Below are positions 37,606 to 46,661 of a stretch of DNA of 64,000 nucleotides, in pieces (the first letter of the stretch is position 1; each line of letters opens with the position of its first letter). The DNA lies in the IMG/VR virus record IMGVR_UViG_3300021964_010186, positions 1 to 64,000 of that record. One strand, given 5' to 3'. Source of the stretch: a virus. The notes below the pieces were generated by a model. It did no database searches. It worked only from the letters and a program-made list of their open reading frames with translations, and had not been told where the DNA came from. The position numbers and the translations under genes were made by a program.

Positions 37606-38216
37606 GAATTCATCCTTTGGTATACCTTTTCTGCCCATTGTTGATTTTGTTCTACGGTCATGTGATTGATTGTGCCAATACCCCAACCGTCCTTGACGAT
37701 TGCCCCCTTGCTGAATGCAAATATACTTTCGTCTATGACCGTGCCCGTCTCTAATTTGATACCGGCATCCTTGCCCGCCGTTTCAAAAGGTCGGAAACTC
37801 CACATCTGCACGATGGTTTTATCTTCGAGCGTTGATAACACGTTCTGATCATAATACTTCAATGCGTATTCGTAGGCCAACTCGTCTTTGTCATAATCGT
37901 GTAGATGTATCCAGTACTGTTCCAATGCCTTGTAAAGGTTTGGATCAACACCATCCAACGGTTGTGTGTTCGCACTTAAGGTGTATCTTGGGTGGTAAAG
38001 CCTGTATGGCTCAGTCCAACAGAATATCGAAACATCTGGGACGCTGTCCTGTTCTATTAGTCTGTTGAAACGCATAAACACACTCCAGATACTGCGTCCA
38101 GGTTCACCAAACCATCTTATCCTAGAACACCCTAGTTTCTCCTGTAGGATGTTGCACCAGCTCTCGGGTTGATTGCTGGCACAGAAACTGTCTCCAAAAA
38201 ATCCTATTGTCCTCAT
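37602..38216 (-). CDS. SGNH/GDSL-like protein
   Basis: GFFGDSFC, G.PG.S, FCWT.P.R, INH near the C-terminus. Confidence 0.6.
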   Translation of the reverse strand: MRTIGFFGDSFCASNQPESWCNILQEKLGCSRIRWFGEPGRSIWSVFMRFNRLIEQDSVPDVSIFCWTEPYRLYHPRYTLSANTQPLDGVDPNLYKALEQYWIHLHDYDKDELAYEYALKYYDQNVLSTLEDKTIVQMWSFRPFETAGKDAGIKLETGTVIDESIFAFSKGAIVKDGWGIGTINHMTVEQNQQWAEKVYQRMNS

Positions 38217-39196
38217 TGTGTAAACCTAAACAAGTCAACTTTCTTGCTCCCTTTTGTTTTGATTAGGAATTCCCTGTTCCAGTCAGTTCTTTCGAAATGT
38301 TGTTTGTTGTGCTCTAACACATCATTCAATCGTGCATAGACGGACTTAGGATCCTGTACACTGAGTTGATGCATAGAATCAAATACCATGTTGAATCTCT
38401 TATCCCTTTCCTTTTCGTTGTCATAACTTTCATCTATGACAGAGGAAAATGTTTTAAAGCCCAAATTACGTAATGCCCGAAGTTGTCCTTGAGATCCAAA
38501 AACAACAAAGGGACGTTTAGCCACAATCGGTTTAGCGGTCTTTTCCGTGAAAACGCCAAAGTCTTTATGCCACGTTGTTTCTATGAATGCAGTATAGAAG
38601 GTGTTGTTGTAGATTTCAGGATCTATAAGATCACTGTATCTTAATGTGCTCTTCCATTTTTCTTCTATGGTTTCCGCCGTGTGATTCACAGGCACTTTCA
38701 CATGTTTACTCCATCTGCCTTGTCTTGGATCGTCCCTGTAGTATGTCGTTAACACTTGTTCATTCACAGGATGACCCTTTAGTGTATCAAACAAAATGTC
38801 CTTGCCGGTATCTGTGCCACCCATTAAAAAATCAAATTTCTTTAGTTTGTTGGATTTATCTTTGACGTCAATACAGTTTTCAAGCAATCCTCTACACATG
38901 TCGTTCTTGATGTAAAGGTCCTGTCCCTCATGAAACATGTTATTAAGAAATTTCAATGGTAGTCCTTGTTGATTGGCAAAATTACAACCGTAATAGTGAA
39001 TGTTTGATTTATGGATGTTTGCTTTTATTAAATCCACAAATGTCCTGTGCACGCCATCCTCTTCATACACGAAACCCGGCTCATACAGATTCACAATTAT
39101 GTTAGCGTAATTTCTATGTTCTTGATCAATCAATTTTTGAAGTCTTTCACCCATGTCCGCTCCACTGGTGTATATGTTAATCAGTAAAGTGCTCAT
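38213..39196 (-). CDS. Glycosyltransferase-like protein (GT10-like C-terminal motif), AT-rich
   Basis: FIET...VFTEKTAKPI...PFVVFG...LGFKTF..VIDESYD. Confidence 0.55.
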   Translation of the reverse strand: MSTLLINIYTSGADMGERLQKLIDQEHRNYANIIVNLYEPGFVYEEDGVHRTFVDLIKANIHKSNIHYYGCNFANQQGLPLKFLNNMFHEGQDLYIKNDMCRGLLENCIDVKDKSNKLKKFDFLMGGTDTGKDILFDTLKGHPVNEQVLTTYYRDDPRQGRWSKHVKVPVNHTAETIEEKWKSTLRYSDLIDPEIYNNTFYTAFIETTWHKDFGVFTEKTAKPIVAKRPFVVFGSQGQLRALRNLGFKTFSSVIDESYDNEKERDKRFNMVFDSMHQLSVQDPKSVYARLNDVLEHNKQHFERTDWNREFLIKTKGSKKVDLFRFTQ

Positions 39197-40563
39197 GCGT
39201 TCCTACACTCCTCCCAGAATTCCGCCATCTCAGGGAACGTGTTGAGGAACCTGGTCAGGCGCCTGCGATCGTGTTCCGAGAAAAAAGCGTAAAAATTACG
39301 TTTGTGCTGTGCGCTCGCGTCAGCGTTCTCGCGCCAGTATGCGAGATTGCGTCGCATCTTCTGGATCTCGAAGTCCTTGAATATGTGTAGCCCGTTTGAC
39401 TCGCCGGAGTTGGCCTCCATGTACTTGATGTTGTCTTCGTGTATGCTCTGGTAACTCTCGGGTAATAATGTTATCTGTTGCCATGCGGGTTGGCGTAGCA
39501 GTGGCACGTCAAACCAAACACGCTGATAAGTTTTACTGTATCGCTTACGCAGATCCAGTATCTTTTCCAACAATCGGTCCATGCTGGTTATACTGAGGTT
39601 GTTGTAGGTCACTATGAAGGTTATGCTGTTACGCACTGGTATGCGATCCAGGAACTCCTCCACGTTCGCCATCATGCGATCGAAGTCCAATCCATGCCTG
39701 ATGTACTCGGCGCGTTTGCCGAACGCATCCACGCTGACGAACTGCATCATGTGTTCCACCTTCTCCTCCATGCAGATATTCTGCATCATGTTGAAGTACT
39801 TGTCCTTGAGTTTTGGGTCGGCCGGACACATGTTGGATGTTACGTTGAGATGTAGGTCCTCTTTGGGATGGTCAATGATGTACTGTAGCACCCGGTAGGT
39901 GTTGACATCCATCATGGGCTCCCCACCGGTCATGCGGAAGTGCTTGAGGTTCTTGTACAGTTCTGGCCACCATCGCCAGAAAGCGTCAACGTATGGGTTG
40001 GACTCCCTGTTGGGTATTGGACTCCTGCGTCCCTGGAAGTGCTCGGGAGCGTTGTGCGGTGGCGTGGTGGGGTACTCCCCATAGCGTTCCGTCTCCTTGC
40101 CCCAGGTGGTGGAGAACTGTGGCGAACAGTAACTACACTTGAAGTTACAAGCGTGGCTGAAGTTGACCTCCACGTACCTGGGCATCCATGTCTCAGACAA
40201 TGGATTCTTTACAATTTCTTCAAAGTCCTGCATGGCCCATGGCTCTCCCGAACGGTAGTGACGATCACTCATCTCACCGGCGTCCTCCAGTTTCCAGCAG
40301 TAACTACAGCCCGCGGGCCTCTCACCCGCCAGCATCTGTCGTCTTTGCTTCAACTTCTCGTTGGTGTTGTGAAGTGCCGTGGGATTGCTATGTAGTTTTG
40401 TCGCGTCAATCTCGTGCAGGGGTGGATGGTAGCAACTGTTGGTCAGTCCCGTTGGCAGGTGCAGTGACACCTGGTTCCACTTGGCCAGGCACATGGTGGG
40501 CGAAACTGTGGCCAGTTTCTGCTCGGCCTTCAGCGCATCATTCTTGTAGTCACTTGTACTCAC
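39193..40563 (-). CDS. Radical SAM protein, N-terminal twitch-like domain (AKW subtype)
   Basis: MCLAKW..SCYHP..GCSYC; ACNFKCSYC; MTGGEP; clear paralog of 36147-37490. Confidence 0.9.
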   Translation of the reverse strand: MSTSDYKNDALKAEQKLATVSPTMCLAKWNQVSLHLPTGLTNSCYHPPLHEIDATKLHSNPTALHNTNEKLKQRRQMLAGERPAGCSYCWKLEDAGEMSDRHYRSGEPWAMQDFEEIVKNPLSETWMPRYVEVNFSHACNFKCSYCSPQFSTTWGKETERYGEYPTTPPHNAPEHFQGRRSPIPNRESNPYVDAFWRWWPELYKNLKHFRMTGGEPMMDVNTYRVLQYIIDHPKEDLHLNVTSNMCPADPKLKDKYFNMMQNICMEEKVEHMMQFVSVDAFGKRAEYIRHGLDFDRMMANVEEFLDRIPVRNSITFIVTYNNLSITSMDRLLEKILDLRKRYSKTYQRVWFDVPLLRQPAWQQITLLPESYQSIHEDNIKYMEANSGESNGLHIFKDFEIQKMRRNLAYWRENADASAQHKRNFYAFFSEHDRRRLTRFLNTFPEMAEFWEECRNA

Positions 40564-41449
40564 GATCCTGCACTCCTTTATTACTGTGTTGTGGCATGAC
40601 GAACTTGAAGAACCTGCTGTCTTCCACGCTGTAATCTGCCACTGGTATGTCTAATCTCTGCCTAATGCTTTCCCCATAAGTGTTGAGGTCTGCGTGTACA
40701 TTCTGTTCATCCAGGTAGTTTGCAAACACCTCGTGCATACGATCTATGTCACTGATGCCCATTGCCCATTCGTGGCTCTCTACCGAGGTCTGGTAACACC
40801 CTATCCTGGCTCCCAACATAGCCCATAGTCCATTATCCACATCCGCGCCCACTGTCATCCACGTGGTCAGTATCCTCAGGTTCTGTGGCCAGATGTTTTT
40901 GAATTCGCGTGGAGGTATCGGCACTCCCTTGTTGGTGCACATCTTGACGCCCTCCCTGTAGCCCGCAGTGAATGCCTGGTATTTGTCACCGTTGATTACA
41001 GTGGTGCTGTAGCAGTTGTGTAGGTTCTCGTGTGGTACGCCCCAACAGAAATCCAGTTTGTTTTCCTCGCTGTCAGCGTTCTCGTGTGTCTTCATAGCAA
41101 GGCAGGTCTCCTTGTGCCAGCCCACCAGTCCACCATTACCGTACACCAGTCCGTTGATGTTGTTCTTGGCCCTCCACCTGTGCACTGCCTTGGGATCGGT
41201 CTTTGACCAGTCCAGGGTCTGTATTAGGAAGCTCTCATCTATTATGTTGTCACCGTCCACGCTGATGAAGAAATCGGTCTCCGCCAGTTCCGCCGCGGCC
41301 TTGTGTGCGGAATCGAAACCCACCACACCATCCACACGCTTGGCCCATGGCACTTTGTTCTTGAGGTCAGCCCAGTTCTGCTCCTTGTTGGGTTCACGGA
41401 AACTGATGTACACGAAATCCAGGTCGCTTACTCTGACTCTATCTGCCAT
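40550..41449 (-). CDS. GT-A fold glycosyltransferase-like protein
   Basis: YISFREP, DSAHKAAA, FISVDGDN (DxD motif). Confidence 0.7.
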   Translation of the reverse strand: MADRVRVSDLDFVYISFREPNKEQNWADLKNKVPWAKRVDGVVGFDSAHKAAAELAETDFFISVDGDNIIDESFLIQTLDWSKTDPKAVHRWRAKNNINGLVYGNGGLVGWHKETCLAMKTHENADSEENKLDFCWGVPHENLHNCYSTTVINGDKYQAFTAGYREGVKMCTNKGVPIPPREFKNIWPQNLRILTTWMTVGADVDNGLWAMLGARIGCYQTSVESHEWAMGISDIDRMHEVFANYLDEQNVHADLNTYGESIRQRLDIPVADYSVEDSRFFKFVMPQHSNKGVQDREYK

Positions 41450-41733
41450 GCCTCTCCTCCCTGCATTATTCCGTTGGGCCAGTGTATGTCGCCGTGCTCG
41501 AAACTGTAGCCCTTTTCCGCCTTTACAAGAACACTGAATCGTGTTTTAGGCTTTGGTGGTGGTCTCAGTTCGAACCGAGTGGGTGACACCCAGTGGTAAG
41601 ACTGCTCACCTTTTCTCATAATTTCTTTCTTTTTATCTAGACTGACCACAACCTCCCTTCCTTCTATACAGACAGTATGCTGTTTCTCAACCACAGGCGG
41701 CATAGACTGCAGAGCCTTAAGAAGTTCTGACAT
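41428..41733 (-). CDS. Hypothetical protein
   Basis: Start ATG 41733 (MSELLKAL) after AAGGAG. Confidence 0.6.
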   Translation of the reverse strand: MSELLKALQSMPPVVEKQHTVCIEGREVVVSLDKKKEIMRKGEQSYHWVSPTRFELRPPPKPKTRFSVLVKAEKGYSFEHGDIHWPNGIMQGGEAWQIESE

Positions 41734-42511
41734 AAATCTCCTTGTCGTGATAGTGCCATGGCCTGTTGATCCTTCTCTCACCGAGATAGATCGCATCGCC
41801 GTTCTGGTTGGGATAGAGGTAGTTGTTGTGATCACCCACCCTGTCGAGACGGTTGACGGCGGGCTTATGGTGTAGGAACTTGAACCACTCGTAGTCGATC
41901 AGGTGCTTGTTGGTGGGGTCCATCATCCTATAGGCCAGTGCGAACACCACGTCAGTGCTGGGATAATCATCATGACAGTTTATCAGCATCGTTGTCTTGA
42001 CCTCTCGCCAGTTCATCGTGATGTGCCTGGCCGTGTCAAAAAACTTTTGTGCGGTTTTGCTTTTCCTGAAGTACATCAGTCCGTTGTATATGTTGGGTAG
42101 GCAATTCCTCACGAACAGTGCCCTGTAGGGAGTGTGTTTGACTATTTCATCCTTGTAGTTCCTACAGTCAACGCTGAACACCATGTCGTGTTGCCACAGG
42201 TGATGCCACCACCAATCGGTGTTGTCAGTCCATAACACATCGGCCTCTAACTTGATCGTGTGGGTGAAAGGTGTCATGTGGAACGCCTTGTGTTCGTTGG
42301 CCCACTTGATCTCGTGTTCTGAGCTGTCATCCTGTTTTAACACTTTCACGATATCCACCGCGGGGTGTTCAAACCTGCTGTTCTCATCCGTGACCACACA
42401 AATTTGATTTTCTCTGTTATATCTCTTGATACTTTCTGCGAGTTTTATGCTTAACCCAACGTAATCTGTCTTGCTGTTGTTCTGTGCGAACCATAGGAAT
42501 CCCTTAGACAT
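41717..42511 (-). CDS. GT-A (GT8-like) nucleotide-diphospho-sugar transferase
   Basis: KGFLWFAQN, TPFTHTIKLEADVL (ExD), YNGLMYF, STDVVFALA. Confidence 0.65.
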   Translation of the reverse strand: MSKGFLWFAQNNSKTDYVGLSIKLAESIKRYNRENQICVVTDENSRFEHPAVDIVKVLKQDDSSEHEIKWANEHKAFHMTPFTHTIKLEADVLWTDNTDWWWHHLWQHDMVFSVDCRNYKDEIVKHTPYRALFVRNCLPNIYNGLMYFRKSKTAQKFFDTARHITMNWREVKTTMLINCHDDYPSTDVVFALAYRMMDPTNKHLIDYEWFKFLHHKPAVNRLDRVGDHNNYLYPNQNGDAIYLGERRINRPWHYHDKEIYVRTS

Positions 42512-43253
42512 CGGCCAACTCCTTGTTGAGCACATGCACGTCTTGGTGTTCAGTGTAGTTGATCTGGTCGTTGCACTGCCAGGCGATGCCGGTGTCGGTA
42601 ATTTTGATAACCTTGCACCCGGGTGGCAGGGTGGCTATACTCAAGGGCATGGTGTCGTACGTGATGAATCCGTTGGCCTGCTGTAGTGCTATAGCGAAAG
42701 CGTAATCGTTCCTGAAGTTCCTGGCGCGTATCCTGTACATCTCGTTGAAGTAATGGTAATATTGCTTGATGTACTTCACCGTGTCAAAAATGCGTTTAGC
42801 CTTTAGACCTTTCTTGAAGACGAACACAGTGGCCCACACCATGTCTATCATGCTCCACTTCCGCATGTCAAAACTGCCAACGTTGGTGAGGTCATGTGCG
42901 TCCTTGGAAACAAGGAAGTCATAATCAGTGTCCAGGAACTGCCTGAGGTTGTCAGTGAAAGGGAAGTAGTCGATGTCCATCACCAGCGTGACCTCATAGG
43001 GTGACAGTTCATAGGCCATGTGCCTGTCCACGTTGCGCCATTCAGATCCGTTCTTTGTGTTCCCCAGCTCGGGTTCGATGAACTTGTAGTTGATGAACCC
43101 CAGGGGTTTTAATTTTTTAAACGTGTCGTAGTCCGTGACCACCGTGATTTCCAGTTGTAGATTCCGTTTGATGAGTGCGACACAACGCTCCAGTATCCTG
43201 TGATATTGGACTTCTGTCGTGTCAAAACAAAATAATAGTACTCCCTTGGTCAT
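42504..43253 (-). CDS. GT-A (GT8-like) nucleotide-diphospho-sugar transferase, paralog of downstream gene
   Basis: KGVLLF, YELSPYEVTLVMDIDY (DxD), WATVFVF, RNDYAFAIA, HVLNK. Confidence 0.7.
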   Translation of the reverse strand: MTKGVLLFCFDTTEVQYHRILERCVALIKRNLQLEITVVTDYDTFKKLKPLGFINYKFIEPELGNTKNGSEWRNVDRHMAYELSPYEVTLVMDIDYFPFTDNLRQFLDTDYDFLVSKDAHDLTNVGSFDMRKWSMIDMVWATVFVFKKGLKAKRIFDTVKYIKQYYHYFNEMYRIRARNFRNDYAFAIALQQANGFITYDTMPLSIATLPPGCKVIKITDTGIAWQCNDQINYTEHQDVHVLNKELADV

Positions 43254-43570
43254 CAGTCACCCCTTTTTTCAAATGTCTTTGACATCTGATGGTACGAACT
43301 AATGGCCTCCTGGTTTCTTTCTATCAATGTTTGTAGGAATCCTAAGGGATCCGTGATCTCCACGGGATTTTGATTTGTGTCCAAAACAAAAAACTTGTCT
43401 GCGGTTTCCTTCAGTGTCCTCACCAGACAGATGGTCTCAGCGTCCGCACGGAAGATGTGTTCATTGTACACCACCACCATTCGTGAGTGTGCCTTCTCCA
43501 AGGCGTTGCGCTTGGCAACCGCTATGTCATAGGATAAGTCTGATTGTTTTTTTAGTTCGCCAATGTCCAT
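43253..43570 (-). CDS. Hypothetical protein, first gene of modification operon
   Basis: Start ATG 43570 (MDIGELKK); VLDTNQNPVEI. Confidence 0.7.
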   Translation of the reverse strand: MDIGELKKQSDLSYDIAVAKRNALEKAHSRMVVVYNEHIFRADAETICLVRTLKETADKFFVLDTNQNPVEITDPLGFLQTLIERNQEAISSYHQMSKTFEKRGD

Positions 43571-43576
43571 ACCACA

Positions 43577-43605
43577 ATTATACAATAATTATGGTGTGTG
43601 ATCAA
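43577..43605 (-). promoter_or_regulatory. Sigma70 promoter heading the modification operon
   Basis: On the - strand TTGATC-17 nt-TATAAT, then 6 nt to ATG 43570. Confidence 0.7.
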
Positions 43606-43621
43606 CCTGGTAAAAAAATTA

Positions 43622-44608
43622 TTACGTCGTTGTACCGGTGGGGTTGCTTTCGTTGCCTACCGTGCTGTGTGCGTACACCACGCTCAGTCCCTCTGACGTG
43701 TTTGGTGTTATCGCGAAGAGGTTGGTCACCATCCTAGGAGTGTCGTTGATCGCCGGCGCAACACCATCAAAATTGGGGTTATCGTACTGTTGGTCACCCG
43801 CTGGATCACTGGCCACCATCTTGATGACCATGGTCACTGACGTGCCTGGTGCCGCGTCCAACTTGGCAGATATCTGCACCGTGTTCGACGTGTAGGCGGA
43901 GTTGTCTGATGTTAGTATGATAAGTTCCTGATAACTCGTGGTCAGGTCATGGAAACCCAATGTAAGTCCCGAACCGCCTGAACTTGGACTCTCGCCTGAT
44001 CCCGATCTCGTAGTGGCCTGTGCGCCGATGTCGATGTTGCCCAGGGCCGTGCCCAGGTCTATGAATGCTTGGTCTTTGGGATTGGTGGAAGCCTGCGTGG
44101 TGCTGGTCACTATCCTGACCTTGCCGCCCGCGTTGAAGAACCATCTCATCTGATCCGCCGATGACCACGTGATGCTGTGTTCGTGGGTGGCCGTGTTGTC
44201 CCAGCCCTCTGATGCTGTGGTGATGGTCTGCAATGATGTTCCTAGTGTCAGTCCACCGCCTATAACAGCGCCCGTACAACCACCCGCTACCGATGCCGCC
44301 AGTGTGGCTAGGTCCGCCTCCACAGCCGCCTTGATGGCTATGGTGTCTCCCGCTGAAACCTGTGTTCTTGTTGTAAGAGTGTCATTGGTGTGATTGGCGA
44401 TGTTGTCCATGCCGGTGAAAAGTGTGTTCCACTGTGATGCTGTGATTGTTCCCGCACCCGATGAAACTGTTGGAATCGCTGTCTGTCCAAGACCGTGTAC
44501 TCCCGATCCTGTGCCCGCGAAATGGTTGTACCCAAATGGTGAACTTGAACTGTTCACGAAAGTGTTGTATTCTGTTGCTAATATCGTGTCACCTGCTACG
44601 TATGCCAT
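43622..44608 (-). CDS. Virion structural protein (tail/baseplate-associated)
   Basis: Thr/Ser/Gly-rich; MAYVAGDTILATEYN, ITASQW, RWFFNAGG. Confidence 0.65.
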   Translation of the reverse strand: MAYVAGDTILATEYNTFVNSSSSPFGYNHFAGTGSGVHGLGQTAIPTVSSGAGTITASQWNTLFTGMDNIANHTNDTLTTRTQVSAGDTIAIKAAVEADLATLAASVAGGCTGAVIGGGLTLGTSLQTITTASEGWDNTATHEHSITWSSADQMRWFFNAGGKVRIVTSTTQASTNPKDQAFIDLGTALGNIDIGAQATTRSGSGESPSSGGSGLTLGFHDLTTSYQELIILTSDNSAYTSNTVQISAKLDAAPGTSVTMVIKMVASDPAGDQQYDNPNFDGVAPAINDTPRMVTNLFAITPNTSEGLSVVYAHSTVGNESNPTGTTT

Positions 44609-44612
44609 AAAT

Positions 44613-46241
44613 TTATTTCACTCCTATCACGCACTCCGTCAGTGCTGTTTCTTCGTTATATTTATCCTTGATCAGCCTGCCCAGGGTGTTAAAAGCGGTA
44701 CATTCATCCAGGCCAGCAACTCGTGCCTCACCGTTCCCAGCACTCACTATGCGGTCTCCCGCCTTGCCCGTGCCCTTTAGTTTGACCAAAACACGCCCTT
44801 TCAGTGCGATCATGGGGTGTGTGTCGTTGTTTCCGGCCTGTGCGTTCATCAAGAACGCCGGACTCTCAGACACAACACCGAAAACACTGTCGTCTAATTC
44901 CTTGTTGCACTTGGTTATCTCCGCGTGTCCGCCTAGGATGACCACATCTCCCACTGATAATTCACAGTCGGCCTCGTATCGCTCGGCCAAGTCCGCGTAC
45001 TGTGCCGACGTTGACGTGGCGTGTACCACGTTGGCCCTGATGTCCACCAACGTGGGTGCTTCCAGTTCCGTGTCGGTCTGTGACGACTTGAACGCCGTCC
45101 AGGCACCGCCCGAGTTTCCATATATTGTAGTGCCATCGTCCGCGAACGTCTCGTCCCACACCCAATAGAGGTTCTGTTCAGTCGCTGACGACAGTTCTCC
45201 CCTGTTGACCTTCAGGCCTGTGTAGTTGGGCATTGATGCCGCCGTTGATATGTTCCTGTTCAATTCTATGATGTTGTCTTCCACCGACAGTGTGGTGGTG
45301 TTGATTATGGTCTGCGTGCCATCAACTGTCAGATTGCCCACTCTCAGATCTTCTATCCTACCTGTTGACCCTGTAATCCTTAATGCTTCTTTTGTTGTGC
45401 CACCGTCGTTGACCGTGAATATGATGTCCTTGTCCTGCGTGGTCTGTGCTATGGTGAAGTCGTCACTGGTCAAGGTCATTGTGATGTCGTTGCCCGCACC
45501 TATCCTCAAACCGTCGTCGGTCTGTATAGTGATCTGCCCCGTTGTTGTGTCTGCCGTGTTCGATCTCAGGTAGTTGGCCGCAACCACTCCTCCCAGTGCG
45601 TCTGAGTCCGTCGCTGTTCCACGGAACTTGGCGCTGGACACCGTTGATGAAAGTTGTATTCCCTGTGCTATCGTGGAGAATCCTCCAGATATCAGTGCGG
45701 CACCAAGAGTCTCTGTGGAACTTGGAGTGAAAGCGAGGTTGGATACCACGCCCACAACCGTGTCATTGGCCACCAGTTTAAGTATTGACCTTTTCACACC
45801 TGTGTTGTCCTCTGGAGATTCCGATATGACCTGTGTCACGCCTGATCCCGCTACCGTGGTCGGTCCGATCAAGGTCCATGCTGATCCTGTGTAAACGTAC
45901 AACTGTGTGTTGGACGTGTCGAACCACATGTCTCCTAGCACTGCATTCGCTGGTGCCGTGGCAGAGTTGGTTGTCGATCCCACCGGTTTCCATTTGGATC
46001 CCGTGTAGACGTTGATCTGGTTGTTGGTCTTGTCATACCACATCTGACCCTGTACCTTGTTGGTGGGTGCCGTGGTGTTGTTGAAATTCTCTAGGAGTTT
46101 GATCAGGTTCTCATTCAGTTTCTCACCGAAACCCGCGTAACCTTTTCCGATCAAGGTGAGGTCTGTGGTGGCCACGTCTATGGTGCCGTCGGCCAGTGTG
46201 ACCAGTAGGGTTCCAAATGTGTTGTTTATTTTGTAAGCCAT
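44613..46241 (-). CDS. Tail fibre-like protein with C-terminal intramolecular-chaperone-like domain
   Basis: Shared N-domain (LIGKGYAGFGE..NEN..KLLENF..P..GQ.W.D); C-terminal SAQYADLAERY...GVVS..PA.LMN..AL.GRV. Confidence 0.7.
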   Translation of the reverse strand: MAYKINNTFGTLLVTLADGTIDVATTDLTLIGKGYAGFGEKLNENLIKLLENFNNTTAPTNKVQGQMWYDKTNNQINVYTGSKWKPVGSTTNSATAPANAVLGDMWFDTSNTQLYVYTGSAWTLIGPTTVAGSGVTQVISESPEDNTGVKRSILKLVANDTVVGVVSNLAFTPSSTETLGAALISGGFSTIAQGIQLSSTVSSAKFRGTATDSDALGGVVAANYLRSNTADTTTGQITIQTDDGLRIGAGNDITMTLTSDDFTIAQTTQDKDIIFTVNDGGTTKEALRITGSTGRIEDLRVGNLTVDGTQTIINTTTLSVEDNIIELNRNISTAASMPNYTGLKVNRGELSSATEQNLYWVWDETFADDGTTIYGNSGGAWTAFKSSQTDTELEAPTLVDIRANVVHATSTSAQYADLAERYEADCELSVGDVVILGGHAEITKCNKELDDSVFGVVSESPAFLMNAQAGNNDTHPMIALKGRVLVKLKGTGKAGDRIVSAGNGEARVAGLDECTAFNTLGRLIKDKYNEETALTECVIGVK

Positions 46242-46426
46242 TAACTATCGTCCCTTATTGCTATCAGTATACTGACATCACCCAATGTGTCTATTAGAGT
46301 TTCTACTAAAAGTTTTTTACCAGGATGATTCTTTATTGAATCCTCTAGAGTTTTTATCTCTCCTGCTGTCAACACGGTTTCTATGTTGGCGTTTATGTAG
46401 TCGGACACATCATTCTTGGTGATCAT
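46241..46426 (-). CDS. Small hypothetical protein
   Basis: Start ATG 46426 (MITKNDVSDYIN); TAATG-coupled on both sides. Confidence 0.6.
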   Translation of the reverse strand: MITKNDVSDYINANIETVLTAGEIKTLEDSIKNHPGKKLLVETLIDTLGDVSILIAIRDDS

Positions 46427-46653
46427 TACTCGTTGCTCCCGTTCTTGGCCAATCTCTCCACCATGATAGTGTCTCCGACTAGTTTCTGTAGTATGACCGC
46501 TATCTCTGGTGACATCCAATTCTGCATAAGTCCTATCCTAGTGGCGGAATAACCCTCTGCCGCTGGTTCTTCCCAATAGGTGACATGGGCATCGTCATCG
46601 CCCTTTTCCCACTGGTTGTTCAGGTATTCTGTTACTTGTTCCTTGGTTGCCAT
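46426..46653 (-). CDS. Small hypothetical protein
   Basis: MATKEQVTEYLN; TAAATA 5 nt upstream. Confidence 0.65.
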   Translation of the reverse strand: MATKEQVTEYLNNQWEKGDDDAHVTYWEEPAAEGYSATRIGLMQNWMSPEIAVILQKLVGDTIMVERLAKNGSNE

Positions 46654-46661
46654 ACTTGTAT

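Noticed and set aside
24745-43570. Bacterial LPS/capsule island or cellular chromosome
   Set aside because: No Wzx/Wzy/ABC export genes; it is contiguous and co-oriented with phage structural genes and flanked by phage-type hypotheticals.
3277-43585. Longest-ORF start sites in the track (3277, 4206, 9996, 14198, 22434, 23745, 30993, 41835, 42535, 43585)
   Set aside because: They overlap upstream genes or promoters; downstream ATGs with an SD or ATGA/TAATG coupling fit better.
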